Shown piece by piece: positions 36,688 to 47,441 of a DNA stretch of 64,000 nt. The stretch's first letter is position 1; each line of letters opens with the position of its first letter. A model generated the notes under the pieces. The model saw nothing but the letters and a program-made list of their open reading frames with translations, had not been told where the DNA came from and did not search any database. Source of the stretch: Patescibacteria group bacterium (GTDB taxonomy: Bacteria > Patescibacteriota > Patescibacteriia > Buchananbacterales > SURF-54); assembly GCA_018818885.1 (NCBI GenBank), contig JAHIRB010000021.1, forward strand, positions 12,461 through 76,460. Direction: 5' to 3'. Both the position numbers and the translations under genes were made by a program.

Positions 36688-38316
36688 TTATTCTTTTAGT
36701 ATCTTGAAAATTAAATACGTGTCAGTACACCCTTCATGTGCCTTTACTAGTAACTGCCAATTTTTTGGTACATTCTTGATTTGCCATAGTTTATCTATCG
36801 CATCAAAACCAATATAATTATTCAATATATCTTCTCTCCTTTCAAAAACCATAGAATTTATAAATATATAACTTATACCATTCTCAGCTATAAAATCTTC
36901 AAATTCATCTAATTTAATATTATATTCAATATCTTTAACTTCAATTTGATTTGACCAAAATTCACCTCTTGGAATAAACCAATTTCCGGTTGTTAATAAC
37001 TTGACAGGATAAGCCTCCTTATAATTACTTAATACTAATTCTTTGATGGTTTCTTGTTGTTTTAAATTTACTTTAATAATGCCTTGGTAATCAAGCGTAA
37101 GCAACATTTTAATATTGAATAATAACAAAAGCACTATCATTGTGACAGAAAAAATATAAAAAAATTTCTTTTTTAATTTTACATTGATTTTTATAAAATG
37201 CTTTATTGTTATCAAAAATATTTCTACCAACAAAAAAATTAGTATAGGCATTACTGGATAAATGAATCTTTGATTTTGAGAACCTCTCATCATGTATATA
37301 TACCAACTAATAATAATAAAATAACTACTAATAAAAACTAGAGATATAAGCCAAGTTTCTCTATTAATTAATATATGGTGTGTGTGATACTTTTTTTTGT
37401 CACGCTTATAATCAAGTGCCAGCAGTATAACCGCTATAATGATAAACATGACAAAGAGTATATTGAAAGGTGTGTAAAAAACTCCAACAATAATTCTTTC
37501 AAAAATATCGTATAAAGTATGACTAGATAAATACCTCCACAAACTACCTTGCAAGATAAAACCTGGTTGGTAAATGTCATCCCATCTATCAATCCACATA
37601 AAGTGTGCGGAATTCTTATTATAAAATGGATTTCCATATACTAACATATTTGCTATCAATAAGGGAAAGTTGATAACAAGTAGTGGTAACAACAAAATCA
37701 ACAAATCTTTAGATTTAGAAACAATTTGCTTCCGATAATATACAAAAAAAATAATAATTGAAACAAAAAGCAAAAGCAAACCTGATGCTTTGGTAAAAAA
37801 AGCAAGCCCAATAAAAATTCCCGCCGATAAAAAATATTTAGTTTCGTTTGTCTCCAAGGCTTTTATTAAATAATGCCACCACAGAAAAAACCATAAAACT
37901 AATAGCACTTCACATAATACTTGGACGGATAACTCTCCAATAATAGGTATCAAAAATACTGATCCTAATGAGGCGACAATATAACCAAATCTTTTCAAGG
38001 CGACTAGATATATAATAATAAAAGAAATTATACCCAGTGATAAAACTAACATTTTTGCTTTAAACAAATAAGTACTCAAGTCATGAGATAGTGGTGCTAA
38101 AAGTATAGGTAGTAATGGGTGTTGATTTCCCAAATACCAGTCGCCGTTACTGATCTTAAATCCTAAATCCAAAAATGCAAATTGGTCAACGTTTTCATTA
38201 AAGTATTCTGTATTTATTATTATATTTAATGTATACAGAGCAAGCAACAATACTAAAAAAAATAATGTTATATACTTTCTAAAACAAATTATTCTCTTTT
38301 TATTCAATTGCATCAT
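36688..38316 (-). CDS. ArnT/PMT-like GT-C membrane glycosyltransferase with C-terminal soluble domain
   Basis: 542 aa; ...IFIGLAFFTKASGLLLLFVSIIIFF... GT39/PMT_2-like block; ~10 TM helices. Confidence 0.5.
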   Translation of the reverse strand: MMQLNKKRIICFRKYITLFFLVLLLALYTLNIIINTEYFNENVDQFAFLDLGFKISNGDWYLGNQHPLLPILLAPLSHDLSTYLFKAKMLVLSLGIISFIIIYLVALKRFGYIVASLGSVFLIPIIGELSVQVLCEVLLVLWFFLWWHYLIKALETNETKYFLSAGIFIGLAFFTKASGLLLLFVSIIIFFVYYRKQIVSKSKDLLILLLPLLVINFPLLIANMLVYGNPFYNKNSAHFMWIDRWDDIYQPGFILQGSLWRYLSSHTLYDIFERIIVGVFYTPFNILFVMFIIIAVILLALDYKRDKKKYHTHHILINRETWLISLVFISSYFIIISWYIYMMRGSQNQRFIYPVMPILIFLLVEIFLITIKHFIKINVKLKKKFFYIFSVTMIVLLLLFNIKMLLTLDYQGIIKVNLKQQETIKELVLSNYKEAYPVKLLTTGNWFIPRGEFWSNQIEVKDIEYNIKLDEFEDFIAENGISYIFINSMVFERREDILNNYIGFDAIDKLWQIKNVPKNWQLLVKAHEGCTDTYLIFKILKE

Positions 38317-38345
38317 GAGATTGATTGCTTTTGCTAAGTAGTTAA

Positions 38346-39761
38346 TTATGTATTTGTTTGGCTAGGATCAATTTTTATTAGTCTTACTTCAAGCGAAACT
38401 AATAGTATCAATAAACCCTGAATCAAATAATAATAGTTAACAAAACCTCTTTTGATTAAGAACAGCGCAAACAAGAATAGGGTAATAGAATGAATTATTG
38501 TAACGATATCTCTATTTTTATTGATTTGATACATCAAAAAGCAAAATAACGCTAATAGTATTGGTAAATACACCGTGGGAGGGATTATATAATTGAAATG
38601 AATCTTGCTGATTGTCATAAATGATATCGAATGTAAAGCGTCATTCATCTGTAATTGATGCAAAAATACATCTGAAACAAAATCCCAAAAATTCCATAGA
38701 AGAAAGGGTATGACAAATATTAATACTGTGACCGTAGATACGATTATTTTTTTTATATTTATATCTTTTAAAAATAACAAAAATGGTACAAAGGCAAACA
38801 TTGTCTGTTTAGTTGCTAATGATATCCCAAAAGCAATATAAGGAAGGTACTTAAAATTATATATATATAGATAAATAGCAAGATAGAAAAACAAAAGTGA
38901 AAGAGGCTCAACCCAAGTTTTTTCCATAACTAAAAGATTCAAAGGTAAATATAAAACAAATAATGCTAATATCTCTGCCATTTCTTTATTCTCTCGATTT
39001 CCATTTTTTACAATTGAATAGATGATTAAAGACATGCCAAAAAAGCAATACATTAATATAACTCTTGGATCAGAAAATAAAAATCTAAAAAGGACAGAAA
39101 AAATTAAAGTCGCGGGCATGTATGCGTATTTATCATTCTTACAATCTGCATCATTATAAATTTCTAGGCATGCTTCCTTGGGATAAGGGTTAAGAAACTC
39201 AGCGCTATAAGGATTTTCTCCTTGCATTAAAGACTCTGCGCCTCCTCCAATTGCCCAATAAACATCTATCCAGGGACCCGTACTATAAGCCATTACTCCA
39301 AGACGCAAAATAAAAGCTATGGTTAGTAAATATATGAATTTGTATTTATAAATGTGCTTTATAATTTTTTTCAATGGTGACCATCTAACTTCAAATTTTA
39401 CATAATAAAAAATAAAAAATAAAATTGCCAAAAATTTAAAATGGAAAAAATCAGAAAATGCAATCTTACCAAAAGTTGCTTCTTCAATCATGTCATAATG
39501 AAAAAACAAAATAATATTAATTAAAAATGCTATCTTAATTAAGTGTATAACTTCAATATTATTTTTTATTATTGCATACCGCTTTAAAAAAGGTAAAAAT
39601 AATATTAACCATGCTAATGCAAGAATGTAAACTTGTACGGGATATTCATACATACCTCGTAGAAGTGTATGTCCGACTAAAATAATTATCAAGGCGATAG
39701 TAAAATAAATTATTCTATTATTATCTTTATGGGGTGTGTTTTGTTTATTGTCGTTAAACAT
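38346..39761 (-). CDS. polytopic membrane protein (putative GT-C glycosyltransferase)
   Basis: 471 aa, >10 TM helices, Cys-containing periplasmic loop. No family recognised. Confidence 0.45.
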   Translation of the reverse strand: MFNDNKQNTPHKDNNRIIYFTIALIIILVGHTLLRGMYEYPVQVYILALAWLILFLPFLKRYAIIKNNIEVIHLIKIAFLINIILFFHYDMIEEATFGKIAFSDFFHFKFLAILFFIFYYVKFEVRWSPLKKIIKHIYKYKFIYLLTIAFILRLGVMAYSTGPWIDVYWAIGGGAESLMQGENPYSAEFLNPYPKEACLEIYNDADCKNDKYAYMPATLIFSVLFRFLFSDPRVILMYCFFGMSLIIYSIVKNGNRENKEMAEILALFVLYLPLNLLVMEKTWVEPLSLLFFYLAIYLYIYNFKYLPYIAFGISLATKQTMFAFVPFLLFLKDINIKKIIVSTVTVLIFVIPFLLWNFWDFVSDVFLHQLQMNDALHSISFMTISKIHFNYIIPPTVYLPILLALFCFLMYQINKNRDIVTIIHSITLFLFALFLIKRGFVNYYYLIQGLLILLVSLEVRLIKIDPSQTNT

Positions 39762-40395
39762 AATGGTTAGAAATATTTTCTTTTTTCTTTTCTATAATGA
39801 AAGTTGGTGATAATAAACCAACTAATTTTTTTATTTTAAACTTAATAATACAATATGGAAAATATCCAAAAATGCTTGCATGAGGAAATAATATTTTTAT
39901 ATCCCTTAAATTAAAAAAATGTTTGTGTCCAATATTTTGTAACTTATTTGGTTTAATACCCAACCAATGGAAAAGTTTCATCAGAAAAAAATAGCTATTG
40001 GGTGTTGTCAATATTAATTTTCCATTCAATTTCATAACTCTATTAAACTCTTTGATTGAGTCTTTGGGAGAATTTAAATGCTCAAGCACTTCTGTTGCCC
40101 ACACTATATCAAAAGTAAAATCTTCAAATGGTAAACCTTTATTAACATCTACCCTTTGACAATCTTTATACATCTTTTCCTTATCAATAGAAATAACTCT
40201 AAATCCACTTTGTTTTAATATTTCCGACCAATAACCTTCTCTACAACCGACATCTAAAACAATTTTACCTTTACCTTGCCCAACCAAACTTAAAGCAATT
40301 AATTTACCCTTAGTTATTTTTGCCATTTTCTCTTGTGCTAAATCAATGGGTATTTTTTTTAACAGCTGTAATGATTTGTTTATTATTTTAAGCAT
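39754..40395 (-). CDS. class I SAM-dependent methyltransferase (MTase 1 of 5)
   Basis: VLDVGCREGYWSEILKQSGFRVISID (motif I), WATEVLEHL (motif II-like), LILTTPN. Confidence 0.8.
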   Translation of the reverse strand: MLKIINKSLQLLKKIPIDLAQEKMAKITKGKLIALSLVGQGKGKIVLDVGCREGYWSEILKQSGFRVISIDKEKMYKDCQRVDVNKGLPFEDFTFDIVWATEVLEHLNSPKDSIKEFNRVMKLNGKLILTTPNSYFFLMKLFHWLGIKPNKLQNIGHKHFFNLRDIKILFPHASIFGYFPYCIIKFKIKKLVGLLSPTFIIEKKKENISNHYV

Positions 40396-41821
40396 GGTTT
40401 AACTTACCATTATTATCTTTTACCCAATATTTCCTTAATATTATTATACCAGGCAAAATCAATAATAAAAACATGCTGATATAAGTAAAAGTTAAAGTAT
40501 AGCCAGCAAAAAAAATAGCTGTCAAAATAACAAAAATCATATATGAATTCTTTTTACTTTCAAGTATTAATAATGGACCGATCCAAATAAAATACCAGGG
40601 ATGAATTTTGACTGAAAATATTAAAAATACTACTGCAAATACTACTAGGGTCTTGATTAAAGAAATATTTTTTTTTAAAAATAATTTTGTAATAGTAAAT
40701 AAATAAATTAATATTGATAGCTGTTTGCTAAACAAAAGAAGCATATCTGAATCAAATTTTATGTTAATTAAAGTATTAAATAATAATATGATACTAAAAA
40801 TCAAGACGGGAACCAGCGAAATATTAAATTTCCAAATAAAACCTTGGCTAAAGTATATAATATCTTTAAATATACTAAACCCATTCCAAAAAGGTAGAAA
40901 AAATAATATTAACAGACCAAAAACCAAAATTACGTTTTTTATTGTAAAATATATTTTCTCCTTTATGCTTGGATATTTTCTTAACAAAAGTATGTAGAAA
41001 ATTGGAAAAAAAATAAATGTGATGTATTTAATCAAGATTGATAATACTACCATAGGCAAAACCAACATTTTTTTTTCAACAATAAAAAAATAAACCGCCA
41101 ATACTAAAAAAAATATCATCACTATATCGTTATGCCCATTATTTATTGTCTCAAAAAGTATCAATGGATTCCAGGCAAAGAGAAATGTACCAAAATATTT
41201 ATACGAGTCTGCAATTTTTTCTAAAATTTTGTATACTAAAAAAATTAAAGCAAAATTAACTATTGCTAAAAATATTTTAAATAGAAAAATACTGGCCACT
41301 AAAGTATATGATGTGATAAATCCAGGCAAAATTGAAATTAATAACCATAACGGGCCATATGTCATTTGCTCATTAACGCATGTATAAGTAGAAGGCGAAT
41401 TTTGGCAATCAATAGTTGTAGAAACCGCAAACGGGTTTAAGCCATAAAAAGAAAAAGATTTCACCTTATAAAAATTATGGAAAATATCTATGGAAGAAGT
41501 GGGCTGCGCAAATATTAATATTAAACTAAAAACTACCGTAAATAATATAACAACTTTAAACTGATGATTAGTAATTTTTTTATCTTTAATCCAAAAAAAT
41601 AAAAAAATATAAGTAAGTGATATTAGAATTAGCCAGAGATCAAAAATATAAAGTAAAATTTTGTTTTCGGATTGAAACAGCCCAAACATTGTAACATCAC
41701 TCACATAAGAAAAAAATAAAATGAATAAATATAAAATTATAAATAAAGTACCAAAAAATATTATTCTACGAGTTAAATGTTTCATAAATGTTATCTCTTG
41801 ATAAAAACTGCCAAAACCCAC
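40388..41821 (-). CDS. polytopic membrane protein (putative GT-C glycosyltransferase)
   Basis: 477 aa, >10 TM helices. 8-nt overlap with the downstream MTase gene. Confidence 0.45.
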   Translation of the reverse strand: MGFGSFYQEITFMKHLTRRIIFFGTLFIILYLFILFFSYVSDVTMFGLFQSENKILLYIFDLWLILISLTYIFLFFWIKDKKITNHQFKVVILFTVVFSLILIFAQPTSSIDIFHNFYKVKSFSFYGLNPFAVSTTIDCQNSPSTYTCVNEQMTYGPLWLLISILPGFITSYTLVASIFLFKIFLAIVNFALIFLVYKILEKIADSYKYFGTFLFAWNPLILFETINNGHNDIVMIFFLVLAVYFFIVEKKMLVLPMVVLSILIKYITFIFFPIFYILLLRKYPSIKEKIYFTIKNVILVFGLLILFFLPFWNGFSIFKDIIYFSQGFIWKFNISLVPVLIFSIILLFNTLINIKFDSDMLLLFSKQLSILIYLFTITKLFLKKNISLIKTLVVFAVVFLIFSVKIHPWYFIWIGPLLILESKKNSYMIFVILTAIFFAGYTLTFTYISMFLLLILPGIIILRKYWVKDNNGKLNHA

Positions 41822-42420
41822 ATGCCAAGATGAGTTTTTTGAATAGTTACTTTTTCAAATCCTGCGCGAACAAATGCTTGCATGTTTTCTTCAAACGATT
41901 CATGAACATGCTGATCATTTAAATTTTTTGCTGCTAACTTCACCCAAAAATACCAAATCACTTTAAAGAATATATTTTCTGCTGGTAAACCAACTATTAA
42001 ATATCCATCTGGTTTTAATACTCTTTTAAGCTCTTTTATTGCATTATTGATATTTGGGATATGCTCTAAAACGTCAAAAGCTGATACAAAATCAAAGCTA
42101 TTATCTCTAAATGGGACATTAGAAGAAATATCGCCACTTATAAAATTTATTGATGGAAATCTTTGTTTCGCATATCCAATAGCATCTTTGGAAAGATCCA
42201 TTCCGGTTATGGAACAATTAAAATTTTTCTTTAAAATGATTGTCAAATCACCGCTGTGGCAACCAGCATCTAATACGTCCCCCGAAAAATCAATTTTTTT
42301 CAGTTCTTTAATGATTAACTTAAAACGCTTTTGATGCCAGTATTTCTGAAAAAAATTACTTTCGATCCCTTTTTGAAACCAATCATGTGGAATTTCTTTT
42401 GGAGATTTAATATTATTCAT
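41791..42420 (-). CDS. class I SAM-dependent methyltransferase (MTase 2 of 5)
   Basis: VLDAGCHSGDLTIIL...ITGMDLSKDAIGYAKQRF...FDFVSAFDVLEHI...GYLIVGLP. Confidence 0.8.
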   Translation of the reverse strand: MNNIKSPKEIPHDWFQKGIESNFFQKYWHQKRFKLIIKELKKIDFSGDVLDAGCHSGDLTIILKKNFNCSITGMDLSKDAIGYAKQRFPSINFISGDISSNVPFRDNSFDFVSAFDVLEHIPNINNAIKELKRVLKPDGYLIVGLPAENIFFKVIWYFWVKLAAKNLNDQHVHESFEENMQAFVRAGFEKVTIQKTHLGMWVLAVFIKR

Positions 42421-42451
42421 TTATTATTTTATTATCCGAAAACATTTAATA

Positions 42452-43819
42452 TTATAAATAGTAATACGACAACAATATCAGTTTAATAAATTGAAATTTA
42501 ATAAGCTCATAGAATAGCGAGAGATTACCCAGTAGTGGAAAAAAAACATATTCTCCTACTCCGATTGCTTTGTATGGGGGACAATTATAAACTTCTATTA
42601 CTCCCACTGCACTAAAAATAAATGAAACGATAAATAAATACAAAATTATTCTTTTATATTGATTCCAATAAGGAGGTTCAAATAAAAAAGCCAAGAAGAA
42701 AATTAAAAATGGTGCTAATCCTATATAATAACGAAAGCCATATGAAGTGCCTCCAAAATTACCTGTTTTAACTACATAAAAAGTTGTCAAAATTATAAAC
42801 CCAATCAACACTAATAATGCTTCGTGCCAATACTTATGTTTCTTATACAAGATAATCTTAAATACTACTATAAAAGACAAAATAAGTATGGGTGTATATA
42901 ATAGTAAGCCATGAGTCCCTAATAAAATATGAAATAAATATTCAAACTTATTTTGATGCAACGTGTCTATACCACGTGGATTAGCCCAGTAATCAACAAA
43001 TTCTATCGTTCTACTATCAATATGCAAATGAAAGAAAGATTTAAACAATTTATAATTTATAATGATTTGCGACAACAAAAACGGCGTGCTACCTACTACA
43101 TAAAATAATATATCTTTGATCTTTCTTGTTTGATGCAAATACATTACAAAAAATACTAGCAAAAATATACCACCTAGCGGAATATCAATCACTGCTGCCC
43201 AAGATACAAATAATCCAGATAAAAATAAATTTAATGATTTTTTTCCCTCATTGTGTTTTTGCTTCAAATAATAATAAAAACCGATAAACAGCAGGGCGCC
43301 CGCAATAGTGTGATTATTAAAAGTTGTTGAATACGGAAGATAAAAAGTACCCAAGCCTAAAATTAAAGTCAAATATAACCTATGTATTGGTTTAATTTCT
43401 AACCATCTAGTAGACAAGAAAAAGTACCAGAGTAATATCAACGTACTGCCCCCTATAATAAAAAGCGTCAGCCAATAATAAGCATTTCTTTTAGTGGCAG
43501 AGTGAAAGTCTAAATTAAAAAAATCGTGCAACACCGTATAAACACCCGTTCCCATTATAGTTAATACTGCTGGCTTAGAAGAATATAGATTACCTTGATA
43601 AATTACTTTATCAACCGTTAATTGCCCAAAATGAGATTCATCAATAACCCACGTGTTTCGTTCTACTAATGATTCAATGGTGGCAATTCGAGATTGATCA
43701 TTGGCGTTATGTGGAAATGGCCTGGTAAAAATTACTAAAATTACCAACATTAAAAATAGGATCTTGGCTACTTGATCGTATTCTGATTTAAATTTTTTTA
43801 TATTGTTTTTTAATTTCAT
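42452..43819 (-). CDS. ArnT/PMT-like GT-C membrane glycosyltransferase
   Basis: 455 aa; N-terminal loop ...NANDQSRIATIESLVERNTWVIDESHF... resembles the first periplasmic loop of PMT/ArnT-family enzymes. Confidence 0.5.
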   Translation of the reverse strand: MKLKNNIKKFKSEYDQVAKILFLMLVILVIFTRPFPHNANDQSRIATIESLVERNTWVIDESHFGQLTVDKVIYQGNLYSSKPAVLTIMGTGVYTVLHDFFNLDFHSATKRNAYYWLTLFIIGGSTLILLWYFFLSTRWLEIKPIHRLYLTLILGLGTFYLPYSTTFNNHTIAGALLFIGFYYYLKQKHNEGKKSLNLFLSGLFVSWAAVIDIPLGGIFLLVFFVMYLHQTRKIKDILFYVVGSTPFLLSQIIINYKLFKSFFHLHIDSRTIEFVDYWANPRGIDTLHQNKFEYLFHILLGTHGLLLYTPILILSFIVVFKIILYKKHKYWHEALLVLIGFIILTTFYVVKTGNFGGTSYGFRYYIGLAPFLIFFLAFLFEPPYWNQYKRIILYLFIVSFIFSAVGVIEVYNCPPYKAIGVGEYVFFPLLGNLSLFYELIKFQFIKLILLSYYYL

Positions 43820-43835
43820 TATTAAATTATATTAC

Positions 43836-44630
43836 TTATTTGCTCACTAGATAATATATACTAGTAGTAAAAAAGTCTCTTAAAATTGGCACTGATCGCA
43901 CTATCTTGAATTGTTTTCTTACCTTTAAACCAAATTTGTATTTATAGATCGGATTGATCAAAAATAATTCTTTTTCAACAATTTTTAAATTATTACTATC
44001 CAATATTTTCTCAAAAGCATCAATGGATATCCCGTCATGTTTGATTCTCAATAAACGACTAATAAGATCCTGATCTTCATTAAAAATATTTAACATTAAT
44101 TTGTAAAGAAATACGGGTAATAGATGAAAGTATGGCAACCTGGAAAGTATTCGACTTTGGCATCCTTGTTGATGTCCACCAAAGGGCATATGCCAAGGCG
44201 GAAAACAAATAAAAATCTTACCATTTGGTTTTATGATATTTAATATATGTCCGATAAAAATATGTTTTTTTTCTACATGTTCAATCGTATCTTTAAGAAT
44301 AATCAAGTCAAAGTTATGGCTAAATTCTTTTTGAAAATTTTCTTTGGTAATGTCTATATTTAATAATTTTATATTTTGCTTTGGTTGGTTAACATCTAAT
44401 AAACCTTTTGCGGCCAGCAGACGCTCCTTGTCTAAATCGACTCCTACAACACTACAACCTATTTCCATAAATGGCTGAATACTTCCTCCAAAACCACACC
44501 CAATATCTACTACTTTTATTTTACGATTAATTTTTAAACTTTTTTCTATAAAAGGTATTATAAAATTCTTGGTTGTTAGTTTTTGATGTTCAAAATATAT
44601 TTTTTCATTATGATGAAAATAACAAGTCAT
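43836..44630 (-). CDS. class I SAM-dependent methyltransferase (MTase 3 of 5)
   Basis: VVDIGCGFGGSIQPFMEIGCSVVGVDLDKERL...FDLIILKDTIEHV. Confidence 0.75.
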   Translation of the reverse strand: MTCYFHHNEKIYFEHQKLTTKNFIIPFIEKSLKINRKIKVVDIGCGFGGSIQPFMEIGCSVVGVDLDKERLLAAKGLLDVNQPKQNIKLLNIDITKENFQKEFSHNFDLIILKDTIEHVEKKHIFIGHILNIIKPNGKIFICFPPWHMPFGGHQQGCQSRILSRLPYFHLLPVFLYKLMLNIFNEDQDLISRLLRIKHDGISIDAFEKILDSNNLKIVEKELFLINPIYKYKFGLKVRKQFKIVRSVPILRDFFTTSIYYLVSK

Positions 44631-44657
44631 AATTGCACATTATTAATATTACACTAT

Positions 44658-45440
44658 TCAATCTTTGCGCAGAAGCCAAACATAAGAAGGAAATATCCAA
44701 TAGTTGGTTCTTAATAAAAATATGCCAGCTTTCTGCTTAAATGAATTAGATTTTAGCATATCTATTGCCTCGAATTTTTCTGGATTTTTTGTAATTTTAA
44801 TTGTGTAATCAATTATCCTAAATTTGCTGACTATTTTTCTTAGACCCCAGTAAGTAAGTAAATTTTCGTAATAATGTTTTCCTTTTTTTGTAAGACGTAA
44901 ATATAAACTAGATATTGGTTTAGGAAAAATAGACAATAAAGGTAGTTTATAATGTTCTTCTATAAGTTTAATTCGATTACCTGCTGCAAAAAAACAAATT
45001 CCTCCTTTTTTTAAGACTCTATTGATTTCATCCATCAAGCGTTGAGCGTTTGGCACATGCTCATAAATTTGCGAACAATTCACAATATCAAATGATCCGT
45101 CAGGAAAATTTAAATTCATCCCATCAGAAACATAATAGTTTGCGTTATTTAACATTCTATTATGTTGTGCATATTCAACAGCACTCTTGTCAATATCAAT
45201 CCCTACAACTTCTCTAAAGTTCCTAGCTAAATAATTAGATATTATCCCCGTAGAACATCCTACATCTAATAATTTTTTATCACGTAAATCTCCATGGTAA
45301 TAATCCGCCAAAACTGCTATAATTTTTTTTGCCTTTTGTTCTCTGCCAGAGATATTATACATCTCTTTTCCATGCATTTGAGAAAAATTGTGCTGATATT
45401 GATATTTATCTTCCATACAAATTAGAATATAATTTCTCAA
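44658..45440 (-). CDS. class I SAM-dependent methyltransferase (MTase 4 of 5)
   Basis: LLDVGCSTGIISNYLARNFREVVGIDIDKSAVEYAQ...FDIVNCSQIYEHV...GGICFFA. Confidence 0.8.
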   Translation of the reverse strand: MRNYILICMEDKYQYQHNFSQMHGKEMYNISGREQKAKKIIAVLADYYHGDLRDKKLLDVGCSTGIISNYLARNFREVVGIDIDKSAVEYAQHNRMLNNANYYVSDGMNLNFPDGSFDIVNCSQIYEHVPNAQRLMDEINRVLKKGGICFFAAGNRIKLIEEHYKLPLLSIFPKPISSLYLRLTKKGKHYYENLLTYWGLRKIVSKFRIIDYTIKITKNPEKFEAIDMLKSNSFKQKAGIFLLRTNYWIFPSYVWLLRKD

Positions 45441-45448
45441 TTTTAAAA

Positions 45449-46204
45449 TTAATAATTTTTCGCTTTAATAATAATCAATTTGGCATTACTATTGTATTTT
45501 AAAAATTTCGTAATGATCATATCAAAATAAAAAATTGGTTTTAAAAAAAATTTTTCAAAATACTTATTTTTAAACAATAAATAACTAGGGCTTCTATTAA
45601 ACAAAAAATATATCGGTCGAATACTAACAATTTCTAATCCTTGCTCTGCTAATATTTTATTATAAAAACTTTTCGATCTAAATTTAACATGCTTTTGAAA
45701 ATGGATGGTAAAGCAGCCTAATGTATCGGTAATAATAATATAACCATCATCCTGTACTAATTTTTTGATGTTGCTTATTGATTGATTGAAAGCATCATCT
45801 TCGATTATATGAAAAAGAACATTATACGCTGTAACTATATCAAATTTCTTATTCTCAAGATCAGCCGGTAGATTCTTACTTATGTCAAATTGATAATATT
45901 GATTCTGCGGATATATTTTTTTTAATTTACTAACTGCATATTCCGAAATATCTGTTCCCACTACTTTAGCTGCGCCAAGTTGTTTAAAATAATTATCAAA
46001 ATATCCAACGCCAGATGCAATATTGATTACTTCTTTATTTTGAATAACAATACCAAGCTTATTGAATAATCTGATGGTAGCAATTTCTTGTAATCTATAG
46101 AGGTATTGATTATATCTTTTTGAAAACGAACGATTGCCCACACCTTGCAAATCAAAACTCTTCTTTAGCCGTTCGTTCCAAAAATTTTCATTACTGTAAC
46201 CCAT
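45449..46204 (-). CDS. class I SAM-dependent methyltransferase (MTase 5 of 5)
   Basis: VINIASGVGYFDNYFKQLGAAKVVGTDISEYAV...FDIVTAYNVLFHI...GYIIITD. Confidence 0.75.
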   Translation of the reverse strand: MGYSNENFWNERLKKSFDLQGVGNRSFSKRYNQYLYRLQEIATIRLFNKLGIVIQNKEVINIASGVGYFDNYFKQLGAAKVVGTDISEYAVSKLKKIYPQNQYYQFDISKNLPADLENKKFDIVTAYNVLFHIIEDDAFNQSISNIKKLVQDDGYIIITDTLGCFTIHFQKHVKFRSKSFYNKILAEQGLEIVSIRPIYFLFNRSPSYLLFKNKYFEKFFLKPIFYFDMIITKFLKYNSNAKLIIIKAKNY

Positions 46205-46218
46205 AGAAAAAATTAACT

Positions 46219-47400
46219 TTACAAATTAAAATATAGTTTTTCGATCTTTGATATCAAAGATTTTTTTGAATAATTATCGTCTACTAATCTCCTGGCATTA
46301 TTAATAAGGTGATCTGATAATTCCGAATTTTTAATTAATCTTGATAATTGCTTGGCTAAATCACTACTTGATCCTGCTTTAAATAATAAACCTGTTTTTT
46401 CATTTATTACTAACTCTGGTATCCCGCCTGAAGCTGCTGCGACGACAGCACACTTACTTGCCATGGCCTCGGCTATGACCATGCCTAAACCCTCTTCCCT
46501 TGATGGCAATACAAAAATATCTGATTTATCATAATATTGATATATCTGACTATGTGGTACCGAACCGACAAATTTGATCCGACCACCAATTTTTAAACCA
46601 GCAACTAATTCTTCTAGATAATTTTTTTGTGGGCCTGACCCCACTATTACAGCCTTTACATCAAAACTTTGATCTAATAATATCTTTATTGCTTTGATAA
46701 AAGTCTTAAAATCTTTTTTGGGGATTAAAGACCCGACACCTAAGATTGCATGTACTATGGCATTATTCTTTGTTTTATTATCTTTTAAAAAGACATCATT
46801 TAAAGGCATGGGAATAGTAATAATTTTAGCACTATTCTCTGGGCTTTTTTCCATAATGACTTGCCCTAAATAGTTGGACACAACTACTATTTTATTAGCT
46901 CTAGTAAAAACTAATTTAGCGAAAAATTTTAATAGTTTACTTTTTCCAAGCAAATAAACATCAGTCCCATGGCAAGTGATTATTAACGGTTTTCTTAATA
47001 TTACTGAAATCAATAACCCAACTAACCCTGCGGGAAACCACCAGTGTGAGTGGATAACATCAACTTTTCTTTTATAGGCAACCCTTAAAGATTTATAAAA
47101 AAAACAAAAAATAAAGCTTAAAAAAACGATTTTATTAGTAAAACTTTTTCTGACTAACTCGTCCATGTTGCCACGATAAGCTAACTTTTGTAAAAAATTA
47201 GGCGCATACTTAAAGCGCCAAATTCTCACTGAATCAATCACTTGATGTTTTGATAAATTCTTATCCATGGGTGCTACTACATCTACCGAAAAACGATCAC
47301 TATTTAAAATCTGACAATAATCCCATAAAAATGGGACTGTAGCATCGTCTTTATTTTTTATAAAGACATGTGATAAGAAACAAATTTTTATTTTCGCCAC
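46219..47400 (-). CDS. GT4-family (GT-B fold) glycosyltransferase
   Basis: ...FVLPSREEGLGMVIAEAMASKCAVVAAASGGIPELVINEKTGLL... classic EX7E region; 393 aa. Confidence 0.85.
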   Translation of the reverse strand: MAKIKICFLSHVFIKNKDDATVPFLWDYCQILNSDRFSVDVVAPMDKNLSKHQVIDSVRIWRFKYAPNFLQKLAYRGNMDELVRKSFTNKIVFLSFIFCFFYKSLRVAYKRKVDVIHSHWWFPAGLVGLLISVILRKPLIITCHGTDVYLLGKSKLLKFFAKLVFTRANKIVVVSNYLGQVIMEKSPENSAKIITIPMPLNDVFLKDNKTKNNAIVHAILGVGSLIPKKDFKTFIKAIKILLDQSFDVKAVIVGSGPQKNYLEELVAGLKIGGRIKFVGSVPHSQIYQYYDKSDIFVLPSREEGLGMVIAEAMASKCAVVAAASGGIPELVINEKTGLLFKAGSSSDLAKQLSRLIKNSELSDHLINNARRLVDDNYSKKSLISKIEKLYFNL

Positions 47401-47441
47401 AATATATATGTTCTTTATGAAACCACTAAAAAACTTATGGT